Origin: Lachnospiraceae bacterium
GTDB lineage: Bacteria; Bacillota; Clostridia; Lachnospirales; Lachnospiraceae
Assembly: GCA_022763925.1 (NCBI GenBank)
Contig: JALERW010000036.1
Location: 3,779-67,778 of the forward strand
Length of the DNA: 64,000 nucleotides
Direction of reading: 5' to 3'
This document shows, piece after piece, positions 48,069-57,290 of the stretch. The translations under genes and the position numbers were made by a program. Numbering within the stretch: position 1 is the stretch's first letter; each line of letters opens with the position of its first letter. A model generated the notes under the pieces. That model made no database searches. It was given only the letters and a program-made list of their open reading frames with translations, and was not told the DNA's origin.

Positions 48069-48817
48069 GCAGGATTTATGTCGTGGGCTTTGGCCCGGGA
48101 AAAGAAGAATATATGTGCAGAAAGGCCAGACAGGTGCTGGAGGAGGCAGACTGCATCGTGGGATATACCACTTATGTGCGGCTGATCAGAGATTATTTTC
48201 CTGAGAAGGAATATCTGGAAACACCGATGCGCCGGGAGGTCGACCGATGCCGGACGGCGGTTGAGGAAGCGAAAAAGGGAAGGACCATTGCCCTGATCAG
48301 CAGCGGAGATGCCGGAATTTACGGAATGGCCGGAATTCTTTATGAAGTGGCGCAGGAAATGGGAGCTGATGTGCAGATCGAGGTGATTCCCGGAATTACG
48401 GCCGCGACGATGGCGGCAGCTGTTCTGGGGGCGCCGCTGACGCATGATTTCTGTGTGATCAGTCTCAGCGATCTGCTGACCCCGAGGGAACTGATCCTCA
48501 AAAGGATCCGGCTTGCAGCGGAAGGGGATTTTGTGCTGTGTATCTACAACCCCAGAAGCCGAACCAGGACAGATGTTTTCGATGAGGCACTGGCCATTTT
48601 AAGAGAGATCAAAAGAGGAGATACTCCGGTGGGGATTGTCAGAAATGCCGGACGGGACGGGCAGGAAGCTGTGCTAACAACGCTGGCGGAGTGCTCCGGT
48701 GAGCAGGTGGATATGTTCTGCACAGTGATCGTGGGTAATTCGAAGACCTATGTAAAAGAGGGGAAAATGCTGACGCCCAGAGGGTATGTGATCCGTGAAG
48801 AGGATCGGATGAAGTGA
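48065..48817 (+). CDS. cbiH: cobalt-precorrin-3B C17-methyltransferase
   Basis: SSGDAGIYGMAG, HDFCVISLSDLLTP, YNPRS, TPRGY. Confidence 0.94.
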   Translation: MSRIYVVGFGPGKEEYMCRKARQVLEEADCIVGYTTYVRLIRDYFPEKEYLETPMRREVDRCRTAVEEAKKGRTIALISSGDAGIYGMAGILYEVAQEMGADVQIEVIPGITAATMAAAVLGAPLTHDFCVISLSDLLTPRELILKRIRLAAEGDFVLCIYNPRSRTRTDVFDEALAILREIKRGDTPVGIVRNAGRDGQEAVLTTLAECSGEQVDMFCTVIVGNSKTYVKEGKMLTPRGYVIREEDRMK

Positions 48818-48855
48818 GAAGGAAAGGAAGCCTGTTTCGTATGGAAGGACTTGGA

Positions 48856-51306
48856 ATGAGAAGAATTCAGATCGGAACGAGGGGGAGCAGACTGGCGCTG
48901 GCGCAGGCAGAGCTGGTGAAATGCCGGATCGAAGAGATATTTCCGGGTATTCAGGCAGAGCTGGTTCCCATTGTGACGAAAGGGGATAAAATGCTGGACC
49001 GGCCGCTGGATCAGCTGGGAGGAAAGGGTGCTTTTACAAAAGAACTGGAGGAGCAGCTTCTTGACGGGCGCATTGATCTGGCGGTCCACAGTGCCAAGGA
49101 TCTTCCGATGGAGCTTCCGAAAGGACTGTGCATCGGGGCGGTGACGGAACGTGCCAACCCGGTGGATGTGCTTGTTACCCGAAACGGCAGGAAGCTTTCT
49201 GAATGGCAGGAAGGAATGACCGTGGGAACCGGAAGCCTCCGCAGGATGCTGCAGCTTCAGGAAATCAATGAGAAGGTCAGAGTAAAGCCGATCCGGGGCA
49301 ATATTGAGACGAGACTGAAAAAGCTCAGAGACGGACAGTATGACGGTGTTATTCTGGCAGCTGCAGGCATGATGAGGCTGAAGCTTCAGCTGGATCAGCA
49401 GTATCAGTGGGAATACCTGAACACGGAAGAATTTCTTCCGGCGGCAGGACAGGGAATTCTTGCGGTGGAATGCCGGACCGGAGCTCTTGAGGAGATCTGC
49501 CGGGCGATTCATTCGGAAAAGGCAGGACTGATGCTGGAGGCAGAACGGGAATTTTTAAAACAGACGGGAGGAAGCTGCAATGCACCGGCGGCATGTATTT
49601 GTGAAAAGGAAGGGCAGGCGTTGAAGCTGCGGGCGGCCTACTGGCTTAGCACGCCGGAAGGATACAAAAAGAAGATGACAGAGCAGACGGCCCTGCTGCC
49701 GGAAGGGGAGACAGAGGAGCAGCGTCTTTTGACGGCCAGAAAGCTTGGAAGATCCGCGGCAGAAGCTGTGCTGCAGCTAAAAGGGGCGGATCAGGGCCGT
49801 CCCGTGGGGATGGTTTCTCTTGTGGGGGCCGGACCGGGAAACTGGGAACTGCTGTCCATTGGAGCGCTGGATCGGATCCGCCGGGCCGACGTGCTGGTTT
49901 ACGACCATCTGATTCCGGCAGAGGCTCTGAATGAAGCAAAACCGGGAGCGGAGCTTATATATGCGGGAAAACGGGCGTCCTGTCACCATATGAAGCAGGA
50001 GGAAATCAATCGTCTGCTGGTTCAAAAGGCGCTGGAAGGGGCCAGGGTCGTGCGGCTGAAGGGCGGAGATCCTCTGGTATTCGGAAGAGGGGCGGAGGAG
50101 GCCTGTGCCTGTGCAGAAGCGGGGGTTGCCTTTGAGTTCCTTCCGGGGGTATCCTCTGCCTACAGTGTGCCGGAATATGCGGGAATTCCCGTAACCCAGA
50201 GGCATCTGGCGTCTTCCTTCCATGTGATTACCGGACAGGAGGGAAACCATAAGGAGGAGCCGGTTCTGGATTACAAAGTGCTTTCCCGGGAAGAGGGAAC
50301 CCTTGTATTTCTCATGGGACTGAAACGTACAGGGGAAATCGCGGATGCCCTGATTGCGGGTGGAAAGGACGGGAAAACCCCGGCAGCGGTAATTTCCAGA
50401 GGGACTACCGGGGCGCAGAAATGTGTGGAAGGAAGTCTTGAGACGATCGGAAGCGCCGTACAGAAGTCCAGGCTGGAAACACCATCCGTGCTTGTGGTAG
50501 GGGATACGGTTTCCCTGTCCGGCCGTTTGTCCTGGTATGGAAAAAAGCCTCTGTCCGGAAAGCGGATTCTGCTTACCGGAACAAAGGAATTGTCGGACCG
50601 ACTGGCAATATCGCTTCGGGACTATGGTATGGAGGCGGTGCCCTTTAGTCTGATCCGGACCGAGGAACTGGAATCGGAAGAAAAGGAAGAGGCATTCAGG
50701 AATCTTAAGGACTATTCCTGGGCGGTCTTTACCAGCTCCAGCGGGGTCCGGCAGTTCTTTGGCCAGCTGTCTGACCGGAGCATTGACCGGAGATGCCTTT
50801 CTGACATGAAGTTTGCCGTAATAGGGAAAGGAACCGGAAGGACCCTGAAGGAGTATGGACTGTATCCGGATTTTGTTCCCTCCGTGTATACGTCCGCCGT
50901 TCTGGCAAGGGAGCTTTCGGATCAGATAAAGCCTTCGGAAAAGGTTCTTCTGCTGCGTGCAGCGGAAGGCTCCCGGGAGCTGCCCACTCTTTTGAAACAG
51001 CAGGGGATCTCCTGTACAGAGCTGTCTATTTACAGGCAAAGGGCGGAAGAACAGAAAAAGGAGGAGCTTATGCGCCAGCTCCCGGAGGCGGATTATGTGC
51101 TGTTTGCAAGTCCTTCGGCTGTGCGTGTGTTTGCAGCCTGTACCGGTAAGCAGCTGCCGGACAGGACAAAGCTGCTCTGCATCGGACCCGTAACAGCGGC
51201 GGAGGTAAGAAAGCAAGGGCTTTCGGTATATGCTGTTTCGGAGGAATACTCGTCAGACGGCATTGTCAGGCGGCTGCTGTCTGAGGCGGAAAGGGAGGAC
51301 GATTGA
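48856..51306 (+). CDS. fused HemC (PBG deaminase) - CobA (uroporphyrinogen methyltransferase) - HemD (uroporphyrinogen III synthase)
   Basis: GTRGSRLALAQ, GGKGAFTKE, VHSAKD, GGSC; then LVGAGPG, RLKGGDP..FGRG.EE; then VFTSSSGV, FASPSAV, CIGPVTA, all in one frame. Confidence 0.9.
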   Translation: MRRIQIGTRGSRLALAQAELVKCRIEEIFPGIQAELVPIVTKGDKMLDRPLDQLGGKGAFTKELEEQLLDGRIDLAVHSAKDLPMELPKGLCIGAVTERANPVDVLVTRNGRKLSEWQEGMTVGTGSLRRMLQLQEINEKVRVKPIRGNIETRLKKLRDGQYDGVILAAAGMMRLKLQLDQQYQWEYLNTEEFLPAAGQGILAVECRTGALEEICRAIHSEKAGLMLEAEREFLKQTGGSCNAPAACICEKEGQALKLRAAYWLSTPEGYKKKMTEQTALLPEGETEEQRLLTARKLGRSAAEAVLQLKGADQGRPVGMVSLVGAGPGNWELLSIGALDRIRRADVLVYDHLIPAEALNEAKPGAELIYAGKRASCHHMKQEEINRLLVQKALEGARVVRLKGGDPLVFGRGAEEACACAEAGVAFEFLPGVSSAYSVPEYAGIPVTQRHLASSFHVITGQEGNHKEEPVLDYKVLSREEGTLVFLMGLKRTGEIADALIAGGKDGKTPAAVISRGTTGAQKCVEGSLETIGSAVQKSRLETPSVLVVGDTVSLSGRLSWYGKKPLSGKRILLTGTKELSDRLAISLRDYGMEAVPFSLIRTEELESEEKEEAFRNLKDYSWAVFTSSSGVRQFFGQLSDRSIDRRCLSDMKFAVIGKGTGRTLKEYGLYPDFVPSVYTSAVLARELSDQIKPSEKVLLLRAAEGSRELPTLLKQQGISCTELSIYRQRAEEQKKEELMRQLPEADYVLFASPSAVRVFAACTGKQLPDRTKLLCIGPVTAAEVRKQGLSVYAVSEEYSSDGIVRRLLSEAEREDD

Positions 51307-52364
51307 TGCTGCACGGAGGGGCTGTATTTCGGGAGGCAGAAAGACTGGGAGTATCTTACCGTGATCTTCTGGACTTTTCAGCGAATTTGAATCCGTTCGG
51401 TTGTCCTTTGTCCGTGAGGAAGGCCATGGAGGAGAGTCTTCTGCGGGCAGCCTATTATCCGGATGCCGGACAGGACGCGCTTCGAAAGGCGATCGGGCAG
51501 AAAGAGCAGGTTCCCATGGAATGGGTGTATGCCGGAAACGGAGCGGCTGAGCTCATATTCCGGCTCTGTTATGCGATAAGGCCGGAGACGGTACTCGTGT
51601 GCGCTCCTTCCTTTCTGGAATATGAAAAGGCGGTTCGGGCAGCCAACGGAAAGCTTCTGCGTTTTTTCCTGCAGCCTCAGCAGCAGTTTGACCTTAAAGA
51701 AGCATACCTTGCGCAGCTTCAGCTTCTCAAAAGCGGAGATATGGCGTTTTTGTGCAATCCCAATAATCCAACCGGCCGGCTCATTTCCGCAGAGCTGCTG
51801 CTGAAGATCGTGAAACAGTCGGAACGGAAGGGAGTTGTTCTTGTGGTGGATGAATGCTTCCTGGATTTTACGGAGAATGAGCTGTCCGCTTCCGTGAAAC
51901 AGTATCTGGGAAGCTGCCGCAGGCTGGTGGTCCTGAAATCCTTTACGAAAATGTACGCGCTGGCGGGGATACGGATCGGCTATCTTCTGACGGCGGATGC
52001 CGGTCTGATCCGAAGGCTGCGGGCGTGCGGACAGGACTGGGGAATTTCCTGTGTGGCGCAGGCTGCCGGAATTGCCGCCTGCAGGGAGGAGGGCTATGCG
52101 GCCCGGACCGCAGCGGCGCTTGTACCTCTTCGAAAGGAGCTCTTTAACGGTCTGAAGGAGAAGGGCTTTCGGGTCGTTGACGGACAGGCCAATTATCTTT
52201 TGTTTCAGAGCCGGCGGCAGGATCTGGAAAGCATGATTCCAAAGCAGCATATCCTGATCCGCAGCTGTGCCAATTATCCGGGGCTGGGTCACAGCTGGTA
52301 CCGGACAGCCGTGCGCACCGGCAGTGAGAACAGAAGACTGCTGGATGCACTTGGAGAGGAGTGA
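51306..52364 (+). CDS. cobD: threonine-phosphate decarboxylase
   Basis: HGG...DFSANLNP, GNGAAE, CNPNNPTG, KSFTKMYALAGIRIGY. Confidence 0.9.
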   Translation: MLHGGAVFREAERLGVSYRDLLDFSANLNPFGCPLSVRKAMEESLLRAAYYPDAGQDALRKAIGQKEQVPMEWVYAGNGAAELIFRLCYAIRPETVLVCAPSFLEYEKAVRAANGKLLRFFLQPQQQFDLKEAYLAQLQLLKSGDMAFLCNPNNPTGRLISAELLLKIVKQSERKGVVLVVDECFLDFTENELSASVKQYLGSCRRLVVLKSFTKMYALAGIRIGYLLTADAGLIRRLRACGQDWGISCVAQAAGIAACREEGYAARTAAALVPLRKELFNGLKEKGFRVVDGQANYLLFQSRRQDLESMIPKQHILIRSCANYPGLGHSWYRTAVRTGSENRRLLDALGEE

Positions 52365-52368
52365 CCGT

Positions 52369-53871
52369 ATGTCGGCAAAATCCATTATGATACAGGGAAC
52401 AATGTCCAATGCGGGCAAGAGCTTTGTGGCAGCGGCATTCTGCCGTATTTTTTATCAGGACGGTTACCGGTGCGCCCCTTTTAAATCACAGAACATGGCG
52501 CTGAATTCTTATATTACGCAGGATGGGCTGGAAATGGGACGGGCGCAGGTGATGCAGGCGGAAGCGGCGAAGATTGCGCCCCGTGTGGAGATGAATCCGA
52601 TTCTATTAAAGCCCACCAGCAGTATGGGAAGCCAGGTGATCGTAAATGGTGAGGTATGGCAGAATATGGGAGCCATGGAATATTACCGGAGAAAAAGAGA
52701 ACTGGTTCCGGAGGTGGAACGGGCCTACCGTGCGCTGGAGGAGGAATTTGACATCCTTGTTCTGGAAGGGGCCGGGAGCCCAGCGGAAATTAATCTGAAG
52801 GATCAGGATCTGGTAAATATGGGGATGGCAAAAATGGCAAAGGCTCCGGTACTTCTTGTGGCGGATATTGACCGGGGCGGTGTGTTTGCAAGCATTTACG
52901 GAACCATACAGCTGCTGGAAGAGGAAGAGCGCGCGTATGTGAAGGGAATACTGATCAATAAATTCCGTGGAGATGTAAATATTTTAATGCCGGGACTTCA
53001 GAAAATTGAGGAGCTGACGGGCGTTCCGGTGCTGGGCGTGATTCCCATGGAGCCTCTGGATCTGGACGATGAGGACAGTCTTTCCGACCGGCTGTCAAGA
53101 ACGGATGCCGCAGTCGGTCAGGCGGATGCGGCGGTTATTCGTTTACCGAGAATTTCCAATTTTACGGATTTTGCTTCCCTTGACCGACAGGAAGGGGTGC
53201 GTGTGCGATATGTGTCCCGGGCAGATCAGCTGGGAACGCCTGATTTCATAATCCTGCCGGGGACCAAAAATACCATGGGCGATCTGAAATGGCTGAGACA
53301 GAGCGGGCTGGAGGCGGCTGTTAAGAGGCAGAATGCCATGGGAGTTCCGGTTCTTGGAATCTGCGGCGGTTTTCAGATGATGGGAGAGGTTCTTAAGGAT
53401 CCCTTTGGGACAGAAGAAAAGGGAAGCCTGCGCGGCATGGAGCTTCTTCCCGTAAGAACCGAATTTTCCCCGGAAAAGACCAGGACCCGCATAACGGGAA
53501 CCATGATTTCCTGCCCGGAGTTTTTCCGGGGAAAAAAGAAGCAGGAGGTATCGGGTTATGAAATTCATATGGGAAGGAGTACCCTCTCGGAAGGGGGAAA
53601 GCCCTTCCTTCGACTCTCGGACGGACGATTGGACGGCTGTGTGAGAAAAGACGGCCTGGCTGCCGGTACGTATCTTCATGGCCTGTTTGACCAGGAGGAC
53701 ACGGTATCCGCCCTTGCCGGTTTTTTAAGAGAAAAAAAGGGCCTTGCGGATTTCGGACCAGCTGTAGATGCAGCGGAATGGAAGGAGCGGGAGTATGACC
53801 GGCTGGCGGATCTGGTGCGCCGCTCGGTGGATATGGAAAAAATATATGAAATTCTGAACAGGGGCATATAA
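52369..53871 (+). CDS. cbiP: cobyric acid synthase
   Basis: QGTMSNAGKS, PFKSQNMALNS, EGAGSPAEINL, GICGG.Q, GYEIH, TYLHG. Confidence 0.96.
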   Translation: MSAKSIMIQGTMSNAGKSFVAAAFCRIFYQDGYRCAPFKSQNMALNSYITQDGLEMGRAQVMQAEAAKIAPRVEMNPILLKPTSSMGSQVIVNGEVWQNMGAMEYYRRKRELVPEVERAYRALEEEFDILVLEGAGSPAEINLKDQDLVNMGMAKMAKAPVLLVADIDRGGVFASIYGTIQLLEEEERAYVKGILINKFRGDVNILMPGLQKIEELTGVPVLGVIPMEPLDLDDEDSLSDRLSRTDAAVGQADAAVIRLPRISNFTDFASLDRQEGVRVRYVSRADQLGTPDFIILPGTKNTMGDLKWLRQSGLEAAVKRQNAMGVPVLGICGGFQMMGEVLKDPFGTEEKGSLRGMELLPVRTEFSPEKTRTRITGTMISCPEFFRGKKKQEVSGYEIHMGRSTLSEGGKPFLRLSDGRLDGCVRKDGLAAGTYLHGLFDQEDTVSALAGFLREKKGLADFGPAVDAAEWKEREYDRLADLVRRSVDMEKIYEILNRGI

Positions 53872-53913
53872 AGAGATGCAGAAGAATCCAATGAGAGGAG
53901 TCACAGGAAGAGG

Positions 53914-54549
53914 ATGCAAAGGACACAGTTTGTAAAGCCGGAGGAAATTGAAAAGAGAAGTATGGAGATCATACAGAAGGAGCTGGGGGAGCGGACCTTT
54001 CCGGAACCGGAATACTCGGTGATCCGGCGCTGTATTCATACTTCCGCGGATTTTGATTATGCGGATAATCTGTATTTTACTCCCAAAGCGGTAAAAATCG
54101 GGATGGATGCGCTCAGAAGCGGAGCTCACATTGTGACGGATACCACCATGGCCATGGCAGGGATCAATAAACGGGTACTGAAAAGCTTCGGAGGAGAAGT
54201 GCATTGCTTTATCGGGGACGAGGATGTGGCGCGCGAGGCAAAAGAGCGGGGAATGACCCGATCAGCAGTTTCCATGGACCGGGCAGCTCTTCTTAAGGAG
54301 CCGCTGATCATCGCGGTGGGAAATGCGCCCACGGCCCTGATCCGCCTGTATGATCTGATTCAGGAGGGAAGAATCTGTCCGGTACTGATCGTTGCTGTGC
54401 CGGTGGGATTTGTGAATGTAGTGGAGGCCAAGGAGCTGATTCTGACGGCCGGTATTCCGTGCATTGCGGCCAGAGGGAGAAAAGGCGGAAGCAATATTGC
54501 GGCGGCCGTTATCAATGCGATGCTGTATGCAGAAGCACAGGATCAGTAA
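53914..54549 (+). CDS. cbiC: cobalt-precorrin-8 methylmutase
   Basis: IEKRSMEII, RCIHTSADF, VGNAPTAL, PVGFVNV, GRKGGS. Confidence 0.95.
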   Translation: MQRTQFVKPEEIEKRSMEIIQKELGERTFPEPEYSVIRRCIHTSADFDYADNLYFTPKAVKIGMDALRSGAHIVTDTTMAMAGINKRVLKSFGGEVHCFIGDEDVAREAKERGMTRSAVSMDRAALLKEPLIIAVGNAPTALIRLYDLIQEGRICPVLIVAVPVGFVNVVEAKELILTAGIPCIAARGRKGGSNIAAAVINAMLYAEAQDQ

Positions 54550-54572
54550 GGAATGGAAGGAAGCAAACGGAT

Positions 54573-55688
54573 ATGAGTATGGAAAAGCAGCAGATGAGAA
54601 GCTCCCGAAAAGAAAAGGAAAGCCGGGAAGCGCAGCTTCTGGAGCTTCTTAAAAAAACAGAGCCCGCGGATAAGGAATATATGGAAAAGGCCAAAAACCG
54701 CTGGGACAGTCTGTGCAAACCGTTGGGAAGCTTCGGAAAGCTGGAAGAGGCGGTGGTGCGCACAGCAGGGATCCAGAGAACCCTTCGTCCGGCCATTGAC
54801 CGCCCGGCAGTCCTTATCATGGCCGCCGACAACGGCGTGGTCGAAGAAGGGGTTTCCCAGAGTAAAAGCGAAGTGACAGCCCAGGTACTGGAAAATATGG
54901 GGCAGGGTATCTCTGCCGTATGTATTCTGGCAGAAGAGATTCACGCGGAGGTTTACCCGGTAAATATCGGTATGCTTTCTGAAGGAAAGCAGGAGCGGAT
55001 CATCAATGTGCCGGTGAGAAAGGGTACCGGAAATATTGTCGATGGGCCGGCCATGACCCGGGAAGAGGCAGCAGAGGCGATCCTTACCGGAATCCGCATG
55101 GTGGAAAAGATGCTCCGGAGAGGAAAGAATCTGATTATTACGGGAGAAATGGGCATCGGAAATACAACGACCAGCAGTGCCATAGTGTCCGTGTTCCTTA
55201 AAGAGGCTCCGGAAGCCGTAACGGGCAGAGGCGCCGGCCTTTCCACAGAAGGGCTGAAGAAAAAGTGCGAGGTGATCCAAAGGGCTGTCGAGCGGAACCG
55301 GCCGGATCCGGAGGACGTGCTGGATGTTCTCTCCAAGGTGGGGGGGCTGGATATTGCCGGTATGACCGGATGCTTTATCGGAGGTGCGCTTTTTCATGTT
55401 CCGGTGCTGATCGACGGATTCATTTCGTCGGTGGCGGCATACTGTGCGGTGAGGCTGAACCCGAACTGCAGGGATTATATGTTTGCCACCCACTGCTCTG
55501 CGGAACCGGCCGGAAAGCGTATACTGGATGCCCTGGAGCTTGAGCCGTTTCTGTACGCGGACATGCGTATGGGAGAGGGAACCGGTGCTGCCGCGGCATA
55601 TCCGGTGCTTCAGGCCGGATTTGCCGCATACCGGATGCTGCCTTCCTTTGAAGGAGGAAAGGTGGAGCCTTATAAGCATCTGAAATAA
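54573..55688 (+). CDS. cobT: nicotinate-nucleotide:lower-base phosphoribosyltransferase
   Basis: KPLGSFGKLE, AADNGV..EGVS, GEMGIGNTT, DGFIS, MRMGEGTGA. Confidence 0.94.
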   Translation: MSMEKQQMRSSRKEKESREAQLLELLKKTEPADKEYMEKAKNRWDSLCKPLGSFGKLEEAVVRTAGIQRTLRPAIDRPAVLIMAADNGVVEEGVSQSKSEVTAQVLENMGQGISAVCILAEEIHAEVYPVNIGMLSEGKQERIINVPVRKGTGNIVDGPAMTREEAAEAILTGIRMVEKMLRRGKNLIITGEMGIGNTTTSSAIVSVFLKEAPEAVTGRGAGLSTEGLKKKCEVIQRAVERNRPDPEDVLDVLSKVGGLDIAGMTGCFIGGALFHVPVLIDGFISSVAAYCAVRLNPNCRDYMFATHCSAEPAGKRILDALELEPFLYADMRMGEGTGAAAAYPVLQAGFAAYRMLPSFEGGKVEPYKHLK

Positions 55689-55783
55689 GCCGTCCGGGCA
55701 GAGATGAGTCCGTTTTATTGGACAGCTGATGCGCTATACTTTTCTTAGAACAAAGGAACGAAAGGAAAGGAGCGGATCGGCTT

Positions 55784-55885
55784 ATGAAAGGATATACGGT
55801 AGTAGAAGGGTATATGGGATACGTGAACGGAAGCTATATGCTTTTTGCCAGTGAGGCGGATTACAGAGAATATCTGGAAGATTAG
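55784..55885 (+). CDS. 33-aa small protein MKGYTVVEGYMGYVNGSYMLFASEADYREYLED (below the ORF-track cutoff)
   Basis: read directly from ATG 55784 to TAG 55885; AAGGAG RBS and TATACT -10 upstream; fills the cobT-deaminase gap. Confidence 0.7.
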   Translation: MKGYTVVEGYMGYVNGSYMLFASEADYREYLED

Positions 55886-55934
55886 GAGAGGGAAGAAGTC
55901 TGACTTTTTCCCTTAAGAAAGATGGAGGAAGAAT

Positions 55935-57287
55935 ATGAAGCGCTTACTGAAACACGCAATGGTTGTGACGATGAATGAACGGGGAGAAGTATTTACCAGG
56001 GGAAATGTCCTGACAGAGGATGACCGGATCATACAGGTCGGAAATTTTGAGACAGACGAGGCATCCTGTGATGAGGTGCTTGACTGTGAGGGGAAGATTC
56101 TTCTGCCCGGTTTTGTCAACACGCATGTGCATACATCTCAGCAGCTTGCCAGAGGGCTGGCAGATGATGTGGATCTTCTGACCTGGCTGCATGACCGGAT
56201 CTGGCCCTATGAGAGCAGCATGACGGAGGAGGATTCCTATATTTCCACGCTTCTGTGTGCACTGGAGCAGATCAAATGCGGAGTGACCAGTATCGCTGAG
56301 CCCGGAGGACAGTTTGTCAGCGGAATGGCCAGAGGGATAGCGGAAGCAGGAATCCGCGGAAAGCTGGCCAAGTCCGTTATGGACTGCGGCGAGGGGCTGC
56401 CGGCATCCTGGCAGCATACGGCCCGTGAGGAGCTGGACGCACAGGAGGAGAATCTGAAGCGCTTTCACAATTCAGCAGACGGAAGAATCAAGGTATGGTT
56501 CGGAATCCGCACGATTTTTAATGCCACCGATGAGCTGCTTCTGAAAACCAAGGAGCTGGCAGACAAATATGGCGTGGGTATCCATATGCATGTGGCGGAG
56601 GCCAAGTCGGAGGTGGATTACCTGAAGGAGAAGATCGGAGTTTCTACGGTTACCCATCTGCGTGATCTGGGTATTCTGGATAAAAATTTTCTTGCCGTAC
56701 ATACCGTATGGCTGACGGATGAAGAGGTGGAGATGTTCCGGGATCATCAGGTCAAGGTTTCCCATAATCCGGCATCTGCCATGCGTGTGCTGGGCTTTGC
56801 CAAGGTGCCGAGAATGCTGAAAGAGGGGATCTGTGTTTCCATAGGTACAGACGGAGCCCCTACCAATAACCGGATGGATATGGTAGATGAGCTTTGGGTG
56901 ACTTCCCTGATCCATAAGGGCTGGAGGCTGGATCCTACAGTGGTGAAGGCACAGGAGATTCTGCGTATGGCAACGATCAACGGTGCCAGGGCTGTTCTTG
57001 AGGGAGACAGTACCGGAAGCCTTGAGGCCGGCAAAAAGGCAGACCTTATTGTCATCAATCCGGATTCTGTGTGTATGCAGCCGATGCATGACCCCATCGC
57101 AAATCTGGTGACTTCCATGCATTCCTGTAACGTGGAAAGCACGATGTGTGACGGCAAATGGCTGATGAAGGACCGGAAGGTGCTGACGATAGATGAAGAA
57201 GCGCTTCTTGCGGAGGCGAAGGAACGGGCATCTGCCATCCGGGTCCGCGCGGGCATTCAGATGCCATCCCGCTTCCTCATGGTGTAG
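55935..57287 (+). CDS. amidohydrolase-family nucleoside deaminase (MTA/SAH/5'-deoxyadenosine deaminase-like)
   Basis: LPGFVNTHVH, RGLADD..LLTWL..RIWPYE, HMHVAE, SHNP.S, GTDG. Confidence 0.87.
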   Translation: MKRLLKHAMVVTMNERGEVFTRGNVLTEDDRIIQVGNFETDEASCDEVLDCEGKILLPGFVNTHVHTSQQLARGLADDVDLLTWLHDRIWPYESSMTEEDSYISTLLCALEQIKCGVTSIAEPGGQFVSGMARGIAEAGIRGKLAKSVMDCGEGLPASWQHTAREELDAQEENLKRFHNSADGRIKVWFGIRTIFNATDELLLKTKELADKYGVGIHMHVAEAKSEVDYLKEKIGVSTVTHLRDLGILDKNFLAVHTVWLTDEEVEMFRDHQVKVSHNPASAMRVLGFAKVPRMLKEGICVSIGTDGAPTNNRMDMVDELWVTSLIHKGWRLDPTVVKAQEILRMATINGARAVLEGDSTGSLEAGKKADLIVINPDSVCMQPMHDPIANLVTSMHSCNVESTMCDGKWLMKDRKVLTIDEEALLAEAKERASAIRVRAGIQMPSRFLMV

Positions 57288-57290
57288 CCT

